Assembly (NCBI GenBank): GCA_965246715.1
Contig: CBDFFH010000037.1
Location: 32,001-96,000, forward strand
Origin: Chamaesiphon sp.
GTDB taxonomy: Bacteria > Cyanobacteriota > Cyanobacteriia > Cyanobacteriales > Chamaesiphonaceae
Length of the DNA: 64,000 bases
Reading direction: 5' to 3'
In this document: piece by piece, positions 33,425 to 43,697 of the stretch
How positions within the stretch are numbered: position 1 is the first letter of the stretch
Layout of the letters: every line of letters begins with the position of its first letter
Translations under genes and position numbers: made by a program
The notes under the pieces: generated by a model
What the model was told of the DNA's origin: nothing
Seen by the model: only the letters and a program-made list of their open reading frames with translations
The model's database searches: none

Positions 33425-33493
33425 GGAGATATGGAACAGGTTAAACCCTTGATTCATTCCACTCACTTACAACAGACACAGGAGCAAAATATC

Positions 33494-33745
33494 GTGCATT
33501 TACAAGCCAAAAGTTTGGCAGCGACAGCTAGCTTAATCTTAATAACCGGATTGGGAGCCTTTGCTCCCGCTCAGGCTAAACCCGACTGCGATAAAACGCC
33601 CGATGCACCAATCTGTAGTGGCGAACCAAAACCAAAGCCACCAGTAGTATCAACACCACAGCCACCATCAACCCCAGCACCAACACCACAGCCGCATCGA
33701 CCGGGCTGGAATATATACGATCAGCGCACGATTATAAAACGTTAA
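33494..33745 (+). CDS. Small secreted Pro-rich protein with a Cys pair
   Basis: AGGAG RBS and GTG start; signal peptide ending APAQA; KPDCDKTPDAPICSG followed by a Pro/Thr-rich tail. Confidence 0.7.
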   Translation: MHLQAKSLAATASLILITGLGAFAPAQAKPDCDKTPDAPICSGEPKPKPPVVSTPQPPSTPAPTPQPHRPGWNIYDQRTIIKR

Positions 33746-33977
33746 AGCTGGTGCGTAGATTCTAAGTAAGAGTGACTAGTTTGCTTGGTAAGCAGCTACT
33801 TCAACAAATCCCAAACCGTTTGCCGTTAGGCACAGCCTTTGCCTTAGCAAAAAGGCAGACGCGAAGCTGAACGGAACGAAAATCGAACAATCAAAAAGAT
33901 CCGCTTTATGAGTTAGTAGCTCACTAATTTTGTCCGATCTCCACAAATTAACTCATTATTTACTAGGAAAAAACATC

Positions 33978-34352
33978 ATGACTTTCTCTAAATCTAACCT
34001 CAACCTTCTCTCCGAATCTCTGTTTACAGAATTAACCGCAGACCAAGCTCAAATGCTCGAAGGCGGCAAGCGGATCGATATTCTACTCGTTCGCTGTGTT
34101 CAGGCTAGCAATGGTTCTGACCGACTGTCTTTCACAGTCAATGGCAACAATGTTGGTAATCCGATAAGTATCCAGACTAACGGTGTTGCCAATGTTGGTG
34201 CAAGTGCAAACTTCAATAGTACAGCAAGCGTTCAATTGTTCGATCGGGGTAGCTTTCTGGGCGGTTTTAGTGCCGCTGGCAGTGGTCAACAAACCCGGCG
34301 TGTTAGTGGTGGTGGCTCTACCTACGAAGTGACTTACCGCGTTGGTAATTAA
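33978..34352 (+). CDS. Double-glycine-leader exported protein 1 (30-aa leader, 94-aa beta-rich core)
   Basis: LFTELTADQAQMLEGG leader; upstream of a C39 ABC exporter. Confidence 0.85.
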   Translation: MTFSKSNLNLLSESLFTELTADQAQMLEGGKRIDILLVRCVQASNGSDRLSFTVNGNNVGNPISIQTNGVANVGASANFNSTASVQLFDRGSFLGGFSAAGSGQQTRRVSGGGSTYEVTYRVGN

Positions 34353-34442
34353 CATCCGATCGTCACGCTAGCAATCCTCTAAAAAAAGGGGGAACCAGAG
34401 ATGGCTTAAAGTTCCCCTTTCTATGGCAATCTTCTACCCGAT

Positions 34443-34490
34443 TCGGCAAAGCCGACGCTGTGCCTAACGGCAGGCTATCGCCAACGCGAA
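34443..34490 (+). mobile_element. Two nested 24-nt micro-elements
   Basis: CGAT-TCGGCAAAGCCGA CGCTG[TGCCTAACGGCA GGCTATCGCC AA]CGCGAA-CG. Confidence 0.75.
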
Positions 34491-34578
34491 CGGAGTAATG
34501 ACAAGTGTATGAGTTAGTAGCTCCATAATTTTGTCCGATCTCCACAAATCAACTCATCATTTACTAGGAAAAAACATC

Positions 34579-34992
34579 ATGACTTTCTTAAAATCTAACC
34601 TCAAAGTTCTCTCAGAATCTCTGTTTACGGAATTGACCGCAGACCAAGCTCAAATGCTCGAAGGCGGCAAGCGGATCGATATTCTGCTCGTTCGCTGTAT
34701 TAAGGCTGGTGCCGATACGGATGGTTCTGACGAGCTATTTTTCACCATCAATGGTCAAAACTTCAGCCTCGGCAATCCCATCTCAATGCGGACGGGCGGG
34801 GTAGCGAATGCTGGTGTTGGTGTGACCTTTAGTGGCAATACTGCTAACGTTGGCTTATTTGAAAAAGATGGCAATAGTGCTATTGGTGCTGATTTTATCG
34901 GTGGTTTTACTGATTCAGCTAATGGCACCAGAACCCGCAAAGTTAGTGGTACTGGTTCAGTGTATGAAGTGACCTACCGGATTGGTAACTAG
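34579..34992 (+). CDS. Double-glycine-leader exported protein 2 (107-aa core), paralog of 33978-34352
   Basis: Near-identical upstream DNA and leader; diverged core that shares RIDILLVRC and YEVTYR. Confidence 0.85.
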   Translation: MTFLKSNLKVLSESLFTELTADQAQMLEGGKRIDILLVRCIKAGADTDGSDELFFTINGQNFSLGNPISMRTGGVANAGVGVTFSGNTANVGLFEKDGNSAIGADFIGGFTDSANGTRTRKVSGTGSVYEVTYRIGN

Positions 34993-35021
34993 TGATTAGC
35001 CCTCTGGTAATCGGTCTTCGA

Positions 35022-35058
35022 TGGTAGGGTTTTGTCTAGCTTGGACAAAACCCTACCA
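35022..35058 (+). terminator. 15-bp-stem hairpin between the precursor genes and the exporter
   Basis: TGGTAGGGTTTTGTC-N7-GACAAAACCCTACCA. Confidence 0.55.
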
Positions 35059-35099
35059 ATCCAATTTTTTCTATTCCCCATTCTTCATTCTCCACTCCC

Positions 35100-37262
35100 A
35101 TGCGCCATCCCCTCATTCTCCAACAATCCGAAGAAGACTGCGGTGCCGCCTGCCTTGCCACCGTTGCTAAATTCCACGGTCGCAACTTCAGCATCGGTCG
35201 CGTTCGCGAACTGGCAGGCACCCGATCGCGCGGTACCAGTCTGCTCGGACTCAGCCGAGGCGCGGAATCCCTCGGTTTCCAAGTGCGCCATGTTAAAGCC
35301 TCTCCCCAACTTTTAGCTAATTTGGCGCAAGCACCGTTGCCTGCGATCGTGCATTGGAAAGGCTATCACTGGGTCGTTCTCTACGGCAAAAATCGTCGCG
35401 ATCGATTTATTGTCGCCGATCCTAGCATTGGCTTGCGCTATCTCAGCGAAATAGAATTGATGTCGGGTTGGACGAATGGGGTGATGCTGTTACTCTCGCC
35501 GACAGAGGCATTTTACCAACTGATTGAGGATAAGGTAACGGGGTTTGGCAAGTTTGTCAAACGGGTGTGGCCCGATCGAGGTTTGTTAGTGCAAGCGATC
35601 GGTTTAAACATCGCGATCGGTTTACTGGCATTGGCTTCGCCGTTGATGATGCAGTTGTTGACGGATGATGTATTGGTGCGGGGCGATACGGAATTGTTAC
35701 TGATGGTGGCTTTAGGCGTAGTGGCGATGACGCTGATTCGGAGTGTCATCAATCTGATTCAGGCGCAGTTAATTGGCTATTTTGGGCAACGGTTACAAAT
35801 GGGGTTGGTGCTCGAATATGGACAGAAGCTATTACATTTGCCGCTGTCCTATTTTGAAGGGCGACGCAGTGGTGAGGTAGTCAGCCGGATTGCGGATGTG
35901 TCGGCGGTGCATTCCTTGGTGGGGCAGATCGTATTAGGTTTGCCGAGTCAGTTTTTTATTGCCGTAGTCTCGTTAATGTTGATGCTGCTTTATAGTTGGG
36001 AGTTAACCATTGCCTCGACAGCGATGTTTGCCGTGCTGGTGGGAGTTAATTTTCTCTTCTTACCAGCGATTCGGCGGAAGACTCGCGATCTAATTATTCA
36101 AGGCACGGAGAATCAAGGCTTTCTCGTCGAAACCGTCCAAGGCGTTCAAGTACTCAAAACCACCCAGGCAACCCCACAGGCTTGGCAGGAATATCAAGGG
36201 AATTTCAGTCGGTTGGCACATTTGGGCTGGGGGACGATGAAGTTGGAACTGTATAGCGGCACAGTGACGGGCATTTTATCGAGCTTGGTAAGTGTCGGGC
36301 TGTTGTGGTTGGGCAGTTATTTGGTAATCAATCAGCGGTTGAGTGTGGGGCAGTTGTTGGCTTATAGCGGCATGAGTGGGAATTTCTTTGGGTTCTTGTT
36401 AGCCGCGATCGGGATTGTGGATGAATTCATTCGCGCTCAGGTGATTTTGCAACGCTTGGGTGAGGTGATGGATGCGACTCCAGAAAACGCACAAGATGCC
36501 CACAAGCCTTGGGTGGAGCTATCAGCAGCGGCGGATATTTATTGTGAAAAATTGCGATTTCATCATTCGGGGCGAATGGATTTGTTAGAGGATTTGGATT
36601 TGGTAATTCCAGGCGGTAGGATGACGGCGTTAATCGGTCGATCGGGTTGCGGCAAAAGTACGTTAGCAAAATTGTTGTCGGGCTTGTACCAACCGCAGTC
36701 GGGCAATATTCGGTATGGGATTTACGATCGACACGATCTGGCGTTAGATTGTTTGCGGCAGCAGGTGGTATTGGTGCCCCAGGAGGCGCATTTTTGGAGT
36801 CGATCGATTGTCGATAATTTCCGCTTTAGCTATCCTGATGCGAGTCTCGATCGAATCATGCGGGCTTGTGAGATTGTCGGGGCAGATGAGTTTATCTCGC
36901 AATTGCCAGACGAGTATCAAACGGTATTGGGTGAGTTTGGGGCGAATCTATCGGGAGGACAGCGACAACGGTTAGCGATCGCACGAGCATTATTAGCAAA
37001 TCCAGCGATCTTAATTTTGGATGAATCCACATCAGCACTCGATCCTGTCAGTGAGGCGATGTTATTGGAGCGATTGCAACAACATCGGCAGGGGCAGACG
37101 ACAGTATTTATTAGCCATAGACCCCAGGTAATTGGGGCTTGCGATTGGGTGGTGATGCTAGAGCAAGGGCAGGTGGTGAGTCAAGGTACGCCGCAGGAAT
37201 TGCGGCGGCGGGAGGGATTGCATCGATCGTTTTTGACTCCAGAATTGGCGTTAGTGCCGTAA
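35100..37262 (+). CDS. Peptidase C39-containing ABC transporter (PCAT)
   Basis: QQSEEDCGAACL, HWVVLY and VADP; TMD; GRSGCGKST, LSGGQRQR and LILDE. Confidence 0.95.
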   Translation: MRHPLILQQSEEDCGAACLATVAKFHGRNFSIGRVRELAGTRSRGTSLLGLSRGAESLGFQVRHVKASPQLLANLAQAPLPAIVHWKGYHWVVLYGKNRRDRFIVADPSIGLRYLSEIELMSGWTNGVMLLLSPTEAFYQLIEDKVTGFGKFVKRVWPDRGLLVQAIGLNIAIGLLALASPLMMQLLTDDVLVRGDTELLLMVALGVVAMTLIRSVINLIQAQLIGYFGQRLQMGLVLEYGQKLLHLPLSYFEGRRSGEVVSRIADVSAVHSLVGQIVLGLPSQFFIAVVSLMLMLLYSWELTIASTAMFAVLVGVNFLFLPAIRRKTRDLIIQGTENQGFLVETVQGVQVLKTTQATPQAWQEYQGNFSRLAHLGWGTMKLELYSGTVTGILSSLVSVGLLWLGSYLVINQRLSVGQLLAYSGMSGNFFGFLLAAIGIVDEFIRAQVILQRLGEVMDATPENAQDAHKPWVELSAAADIYCEKLRFHHSGRMDLLEDLDLVIPGGRMTALIGRSGCGKSTLAKLLSGLYQPQSGNIRYGIYDRHDLALDCLRQQVVLVPQEAHFWSRSIVDNFRFSYPDASLDRIMRACEIVGADEFISQLPDEYQTVLGEFGANLSGGQRQRLAIARALLANPAILILDESTSALDPVSEAMLLERLQQHRQGQTTVFISHRPQVIGACDWVVMLEQGQVVSQGTPQELRRREGLHRSFLTPELALVP

Positions 37263-37415
37263 AGTGAGTTCTGGTTAAGAGTAGCCTGAAAACTAGAAGT
37301 CTCAATACTGTTCGGTTAGGCAATTTGACAGCGGTTTCCAGTCGATGGCGGTACTGGAGCGGAGCAAATATCCTTAACCTGAACTGACCGATTTATCAAA
37401 TTAGAGGCCAATTCT

Positions 37416-37955
37416 ATGACATCCAATACATTACCCAATTTAAACGATCTTCTACCCCCACTCAGCCCTTGGGCGCGGTTTGGGAGCCTTGGTATAGTAG
37501 CCTTGCTCGGAAGCACGATCGCCCTCGCGAACGCCATCCCCCATCGCAGCACCACCCAGGCGATCGCGATCGTCACTCCCGATCGCACCATTCAAGCCCT
37601 CGTTCCCGCCGAATCGATTAACCAAATCGCCACCCATCAAATCGCTCAAATGCGCGTTACAGCTTGCCCTGCTGGTGAGTTTGGGACATTAAAAGGGCAG
37701 GTAACCACGATCGCCACCCAACCCGCATTGGCGAAGCCTGCGCCCAGCGCAATCGTGACTGATTCGATCGTCACACAGTTGAGCCAACCGACGTTATATG
37801 CCGTGACGATTCAACCCCAAACTGTAGTCTTAAAGCAAGCGGCAAAATCCTGCCTCGTGAGGGTGGGGATGCAAGGCAAGTTGGATATCATATTACGGGA
37901 GGAGCCGCTCGCGCGATCGTTGTTACGTCGGATGCGGCTGGGTGGAACGGATTAG
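37416..37955 (+). CDS. Very short HlyD-family membrane fusion protein lacking the coiled-coil hairpin
   Basis: LPPLSPWARFG plus TM, then directly ALVPAESINQI, QMRVTACP..EFGTLKGQV and VRVGMQGKLDII.REE. Confidence 0.75.
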   Translation: MTSNTLPNLNDLLPPLSPWARFGSLGIVALLGSTIALANAIPHRSTTQAIAIVTPDRTIQALVPAESINQIATHQIAQMRVTACPAGEFGTLKGQVTTIATQPALAKPAPSAIVTDSIVTQLSQPTLYAVTIQPQTVVLKQAAKSCLVRVGMQGKLDIILREEPLARSLLRRMRLGGTD

Positions 37956-38031
37956 TTACCGATCTCGTATATTTAGCACGGAAACATGTGCGTTTGCCAG
38001 GATGGTTTAGATATTATTAAACCTCGACATT

Positions 38032-38065
38032 ATATCCCCGACTTCTTGCAAGAAGTCGGGGATAT
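38032..38065. repeat. Perfect 34-bp palindrome (cyanobacterial REP-like)
   Basis: ATATCCCCGACTTCTTG|CAAGAAGTCGGGGATAT. Confidence 0.75.
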
Positions 38066-38102
38066 TTATAACAACCTTAGCAGTTGCCATATATTCGACT
38101 TT

Positions 38103-38180
38103 TCCGATCTTTTTCGATCGTCAACAGCAGATTTTTTCCGATCTTTTCTGGCTGTCAAACTAGCTAGGGACAGATATTCT
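38103..38180 (+). promoter_or_regulatory. Conserved activator-type promoter, copy B (no clear downstream gene)
   Basis: TCCGATC 38103, TTCGATC 38113, TCCGATC 38137; CTGTCA (38152) N17 TATTCT (38175). Confidence 0.7.
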
Positions 38181-38515
38181 GGAGATATGAAGCAATTTGA
38201 TACCGCCATCAACCCAAACAATAACTCACAGGTGACCATTCACGATTCGAGCAAATTAACCAATCTTTTACCAGTAAAAAATTATGCCGCATACACATAA
38301 AAACAGATCGCTCTCCGATATCGAAACCGACTTAATGAATTGTCTGCTAAAAGCACCCACGATCGTTTACCCGTGAAATCCCACCGACCCCGATACCGCT
38401 GACTACTATGCCAGATCCGATCGTCACTTTTGCTTAGAAAAGTGGTCGGATGCCGAACTTTACGATCGATATCAATCTTTCTTAATTTGGTAACAATCTC
38501 GATAAATCGAACCAG

Positions 38516-39890
38516 CAGGGTGAACGCATCAAAACAGGATTTATTTCGATCGAGAGCCACTAAAATAGGCGATTAATGATATTCGATTGCTTAACTACAA
38601 TTACGACAATATCAATAAAATCGAAACCAAAGACGAGGTTAAATTAACTCAATTTAGTCCGGCAAAAGTGCGGCTAAAGATATTTAGCCAAATTCATACT
38701 CTGGGGTTAGTTAAATTTAGGCTAAAATAGCCTCTAGAAGTTCGCGCGAATATTCTTCATCAAGGCTCGCAAGAAATCGCTTCTTCCTAACACTTAGTTT
38801 TCGACTCTTGTTCTGACTCATTATATTAACTGCTATATGTCTTAAAACAGCAAAATTAGCTGGAGCATTATCTTTTCTAATTCGACTAATGTCTAGCTTC
38901 TACGCTGGTTTTTTCATTGACAACTCGAACTGATTCTACCATGCAAATACTAGTCAGATTTTGCCATTTTAGCAATGGATCTATTGATGTTGCAATGTCT
39001 GATATCATTAGGTAATTACGAGTTTCCTCTCTACCTCTATTCATCTCTCTACTGCTGAAGCTATGCGTTTTCAGACTTTCACCACAAGTTTTAATCGCCT
39101 GTTTGAATAGCTGTTCTACCCTTTCATATAAACTTGGTTGATTCTTTTTGACAGCAATTACATAATCTGCTTCTTTTTTGACAATTTTCTTGACTATTTC
39201 TCGCTGACATCCCATTGCATCAATTGTCACTATACATCCAGCTAGATCTAAGGCATTAATCAACTCAGGCAATGCAGTAATTTCATTTGATTTACTCTCG
39301 ACTTTTGTTTGTCCTAATACTAATCTATTACTTGCTGCCCAAGCACTGACCGTATTAATTACTCCTTTACCATTTTTTTCGTCTCTTGAATTTCGAGATT
39401 GTTTTCCATCAAATGCGATTATCTCTCCTGCTGTTATTTTACTTATTCCTTTAATCCAATGCAGGAAAGATTTATTGAATTCTTCAGGATTAATTTGTGA
39501 AAATACCCGTGCAAATGTATCGTGAGATGGTATCCCATTCGGTAATTCTAGAAATTCCTCCAGCCATTTTTTTCTGGTGATGCCATACAGCTCTATGTCT
39601 TCCCATCCATCTGCTCCACATACTACTGCACAAATCGAGATCGTGATAATATCGATTAGTTTGTGTTTTTTCCCCCGTTCAATTCTAATGTCTTTTATGT
39701 CACCAAAGTGTTCTGCTATACTATGCCTTGGCTTTAGCTTCATTTGACGCGATCTGAATTTCCAATAAATATAACATAATTAACTGGCTATACTTGCTTA
39801 CCATTAAAGCTTTCATACTTTTCGTAATTCAAATCTGCAACTGATTTGCGAGGATTTTAAATAGTAGAAAATTTAAGTGCGTTCACCCTG
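38516..39890 (-). mobile_element. ISAs1-family IS, 1375 bp, with a 113-bp internal deletion (transposase 38886-39743 truncated)
   Basis: TIR CAGGGTGAACGCA; 10-bp TSD ATCGAACCAG; near-identical to 44013-45500. Confidence 0.95.
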
Positions 39891-39909
39891 ATCGAACCAG
39901 GAGGCTTTT

Positions 39910-40107
39910 ATGTTTTCATCTACTATTGTCAAAACTCGTCAATTAATCGGTCAGTCTGAATTCAATTGTTTACGCAGTAAAGCAATCGCTTGGCATAGTA
40001 AAGTCATCTCTTATGTCTGCGAACGGTTAGGAATTAGCAACAAAACCAAACAGTATTTAATTCGCCTTGCCCGTGACAATGGTAAAAAACTAGGCTTGCT
40101 AGCCTAA
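39910..40107 (+). CDS. Small basic hypothetical protein
   Basis: AGGAGG RBS; 65 aa ending LIRLARDNGKKLGLLA. Confidence 0.6.
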   Translation: MFSSTIVKTRQLIGQSEFNCLRSKAIAWHSKVISYVCERLGISNKTKQYLIRLARDNGKKLGLLA

Positions 40108-40175
40108 TACCGTTGAGCAAACCTTAATCCCACATTCCGCCGAGTTTTGAGTGCCAAATCCAATAACTGTAAGCC

Positions 40176-40892
40176 ATGAAAAAAATGTCATTTACAATTA
40201 AGTCTGTTGCGATTGCTGTTATCGCTACAACGATCGGATGTGGCTCTACCAATCGCCCCATTGCTAGCGCGATCGAATCTTCTTTACTATTAAATGAAGC
40301 CCAAAGAGAACTATCGACAATGAAAAGTTCTCATTATCAACATCGTACCGATGTCAATGAGTCCAAGGGAATTTTTAACTACGATTGTTCCGGCTTTATA
40401 GATTATGCCTTGCAGAAAGTCGCGCCAGCAGCTTATGCCGAAATCCCGATTTCTAAACCTAGTTCCCAACGTCCGCTAGCACAGGACTTTTACAATCTCT
40501 TCGCTCGTTCGCGTAGCGTTCGCCTTGCGAAATCGACCTCAAAAACCTCCCACTGGCAACAAGTCACTAAAGTCGATCGCTTGCAAGCCGGAGATATTGT
40601 TGCTTGGCTGCGTCCGCCCGAAAGCGACAGCAATAATACAGGGCATGTGATGATTATTGCCTCTAGGCCGCGTATTAACCCCGATCGAGCCGACGAAATG
40701 CTGATTCCGGTAATAGATTCTACCTCTTCACCTCATGCTAACGATACTCGTCGTCAAGGGGAAACTGGACTCGGACGAGGCACGATTGGGGCGATCTTTA
40801 ATTCTCAAGGAGAAGCAATCGCCTACCGTTGGCGGGGCGGGCTATCTCAGCAAGCGCAAGCAACGGACATAGCTTTTGGCAGACTGCGTTAA
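40176..40892 (+). CDS. Lipoprotein of the NlpC/P60-like Cys-His family
   Basis: Lipobox TIGC; YDCSGF, GDIVAW and GHVMI. Confidence 0.7.
   Translation: MKKMSFTIKSVAIAVIATTIGCGSTNRPIASAIESSLLLNEAQRELSTMKSSHYQHRTDVNESKGIFNYDCSGFIDYALQKVAPAAYAEIPISKPSSQRPLAQDFYNLFARSRSVRLAKSTSKTSHWQQVTKVDRLQAGDIVAWLRPPESDSNNTGHVMIIASRPRINPDRADEMLIPVIDSTSSPHANDTRRQGETGLGRGTIGAIFNSQGEAIAYRWRGGLSQQAQATDIAFGRLR
40508..40531 (-). mobile_element. 24-nt micro-element, in frame
   Basis: Minus strand CGAT-TTCGCAAGGCGAA CGCTACGCG AA-CG; FAR-STS becomes FARSRSVRLAKSTS. Confidence 0.85.
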
Positions 40893-41200
40893 ATTCAGCC
40901 CACATTATTCAAGAAATATCTCAATCATGAAATCTAACTCGCACATCAAATTCGCTAATATTCTCGATCGCATTCAACTTCATTTTGACTCGCTCGATCT
41001 ACCCAAGATCGGTATGCCTGGGAGCATTTTCACCCACACGTCTCATCCGCCAGTAGTTGCCGAACTAAAACCAGATGATGCTGGATCTGTTGCCGCCAAA
41101 TCTGATGCCTGAATACCTTGCAGTAGTGGAACCAAATAGCTTGAGTGCGCTTTTGAAAAACTTAGCTACCGCCCAATAGCGACAACCTTTGGAAAACCCT

Positions 41201-41671
41201 ATGAATCCCCAATCCCTTTCTGAGGACATTGCCAACCTGACCCAGCAGACAGCAGCAGCGAACACAGCACTCATGCGCGGTGACATCGATGGATACCTCG
41301 CACTGACAGAACACGCGAATGACTACACGCTGATGTCACCATTCGGCGGAAAGCCAACCCACGGCTTCGATCTGTCACAACGGGTTGCACTGGGGCGGTT
41401 CTTTCAGTCTGGCACATTCGACCAGGAGGTAGTCGCAACCTACGCCACGAGAGATTTGGCCGTACTCGTGACTATCGAGCGTGTGTGTGCCGAGGTTGGA
41501 GGTTTACCCAAGCAAGACTGGTCGCTGCGGGTCACACAAGTCTTTCGTCGTGAAGAGATCGGATGGCAACTCGTGCATCGGCACGCAGATCCGCTGGCGA
41601 ACGGGATCGGTTTGCAGCAGGCTGCTGCACTCGCACTGGGCGTTGCTGACGATTTCCATGCGGCACAGTAA
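41201..41671 (+). CDS. SnoaL/NTF2-like (DUF4440) protein
   Basis: LMRGDIDGY, TLMSPFGG and WSLRVTQVFRRE..GWQLVHRHADPL. Confidence 0.8.
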   Translation: MNPQSLSEDIANLTQQTAAANTALMRGDIDGYLALTEHANDYTLMSPFGGKPTHGFDLSQRVALGRFFQSGTFDQEVVATYATRDLAVLVTIERVCAEVGGLPKQDWSLRVTQVFRREEIGWQLVHRHADPLANGIGLQQAAALALGVADDFHAAQ

Positions 41672-41759
41672 ACATCAGTTGCAAAGATTCGGAGGGATGG
41701 CTGTGCGGAAGACTATTTTCAAAATGTTGCCTTTTATTGCAATCGGAGTAATTAACACT

Positions 41760-42599
41760 ATGACACAAGCTCAATTTCTCAGTCCTCAACAGGTCGATCG
41801 ACTCCCACCATCGCCAGCCGATCGTCGAATCCATTATGGGAGAGAACCTTTTCAATTTGGCGACCTGCGACTGCCGCAGGCTCCAGGGAGTCACCCCGTT
41901 GCTGTTGTGATTCATGGCGGCTCTTGCCTCGGCGTTAACTCACCACGGGATCGCTACCTGGAATATTGAATATCGTCAAATCGATATTCCAGGGGGTGGA
42001 TGGACGGGGACATTTGAAGATGTCGCCAATGCGATCGATTACTTACGGGTGCTGGCTAAACTCTACGCGCTAGACTTGAAGCGGGTGGTTATCGTCGGTC
42101 ATTCTGCGGGCGGGCATCTGGGAACTTGGGCAGCCGCTCGGCATCGGTTGCCCCAACAGAGTCACTTTTTGTTTGAAGATCCGTTGCGTGTCGTAGGTGT
42201 CGTTAATCTGGCAGGTGTAGTGGATCTAGAAGCGTTTCTGCCAATGCAGAACCAGTCATTACCAGGCTGATTGGCGGCTCACCTGCCGAAGTGCCCGATT
42301 CCCCAAAGGGGACGCTGCGCGAACGGTATCGACTAGCATCGCCATCCCATCTTTTGCCTCTAGGAGTGAAGCAGATCTTAGTTTATGGCGCACAAGATAA
42401 AGTTGCCCCGCCGTGGTTAGGACAACAATATGCGGAAGCAGCCAAAAAGACAGGTGACGATGTAACCTTTGCATCGGTCGAAAACACATCCCATTTTGAA
42501 CTCATCGCACCTGGATCTGAAGCTGGCGATCTGGTTGAGAATGCTGTGCTTTCGATACTGAAGTTAAAGAACAAAGAATCAGAGAAAATTGATGTTTAA
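41760..42599 (+). pseudogene. Alpha/beta hydrolase (esterase/lipase) split by two deletions; contains a 24-nt micro-element at 42300-42323
   Basis: QFGDLRLP..HPVAVVIHGG, WNIEYR, GHSAGG, DKVAP and HFELI spread over three ORFs. Confidence 0.85.
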
Positions 42600-42637
42600 A
42601 AAGAAATATCACAGATAAGTAAAGCGTGAGGTGAATT

Positions 42638-43057
42638 ATGACGATCGACCTTGGACTAACTCACATCGCACTCCCCGTTACAGATATCGATCGCAGTATT
42701 CAGTTTTACGATGTCTACGCCCAAATGCAAGTAATTCATCGTCGCATCGATGCAGAAACAGGTGTTGCGGTGGTCTGGCTCTCCGACCGCACTCGTCCTT
42801 TTGTCATTGTGCTGATTCAGACAAGTTCGGTGCAGTCTGTTCTGTCTCCCCTCGCACATCTTGGAGTTGGATGTCAAAGTCGAGAAGTTATCGACGCTCT
42901 TTGCGATCGGGCAAAACAGGAAGGTGTTCTGCTTCAGGAACCCAAAGATTCTGGATATCCGATTGGATACTGGGCTTTTTTGCGAGATCCAGACGGTCAT
43001 ACGCTCGAATTATCTTACGGACAAGAAATCGGATTAACCGTAGAACAGACTCCATGA
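42638..43057 (+). CDS. VOC/glyoxalase family protein
   Basis: LTHIALPV, HLGVG and DPDGHTLELS. Confidence 0.9.
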   Translation: MTIDLGLTHIALPVTDIDRSIQFYDVYAQMQVIHRRIDAETGVAVVWLSDRTRPFVIVLIQTSSVQSVLSPLAHLGVGCQSREVIDALCDRAKQEGVLLQEPKDSGYPIGYWAFLRDPDGHTLELSYGQEIGLTVEQTP

Positions 43058-43079
43058 AATACACATTACCGGAGATCGA

Positions 43080-43583
43080 ATGTCTAGTACAAATCTAATT
43101 CGATTAGGCGGACTCGCCGCGATAGTTGCCGGAATCTTACGCGGTATAAATTCGTTTTTACCCAGTAGTAATCCTAATGTAACTCTCGCCATTCTTTACC
43201 TGCTGACCGATATTTTCCTCTTATTTGGGATCGTGGGTATTTATGGTTTTCAGCATCAGAAATCTCGATTGTGGGGTTTTTTGGGATTTATCCTCGCGAT
43301 CGTTGGTATTGCAATTATACGGACTGGAACGATATCTGGAGTGAATCTGTATCCGATCGGCGCATCAATATTTACAGCAGGGATGAGCTTATTTGCCGTT
43401 GGCTCTTGGATTGCCAAAAAGCTCCCCCACTGGATATCGGTCTTGTGGATACTTTCGACGATCGTTGGATTCATGGGTTATTTTATCCAAGGTCTTAATC
43501 TATTGTTTGTCGCATCTGGGGTAATTTTCGGCATTGGTTTTGCTGGAGCAGGCATGAAAATCTGGTCGGCTACAAGCAAATAA
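43080..43583 (+). CDS. Hypothetical polytopic membrane protein
   Basis: 167 aa with about six hydrophobic segments. Confidence 0.7.
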   Translation: MSSTNLIRLGGLAAIVAGILRGINSFLPSSNPNVTLAILYLLTDIFLLFGIVGIYGFQHQKSRLWGFLGFILAIVGIAIIRTGTISGVNLYPIGASIFTAGMSLFAVGSWIAKKLPHWISVLWILSTIVGFMGYFIQGLNLLFVASGVIFGIGFAGAGMKIWSATSK

Positions 43584-43697
43584 ATTGAATCGATTTATAG
43601 TTGACCCAAACGGAGAGCTTTATCCGATCGTCTGTAGCCTCGATCGAGCTGCCTAACAACGCCCACGACGATCGCCTGCTCGCGATCGACTTCAACT

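Noticed and set aside
6317..37262. Lanthipeptide cluster joining the LanC-like gene with the double-Gly precursors
   Set aside because: They are 26 kb apart, there is no dehydratase, and the cores are ~100 aa with a single Cys.
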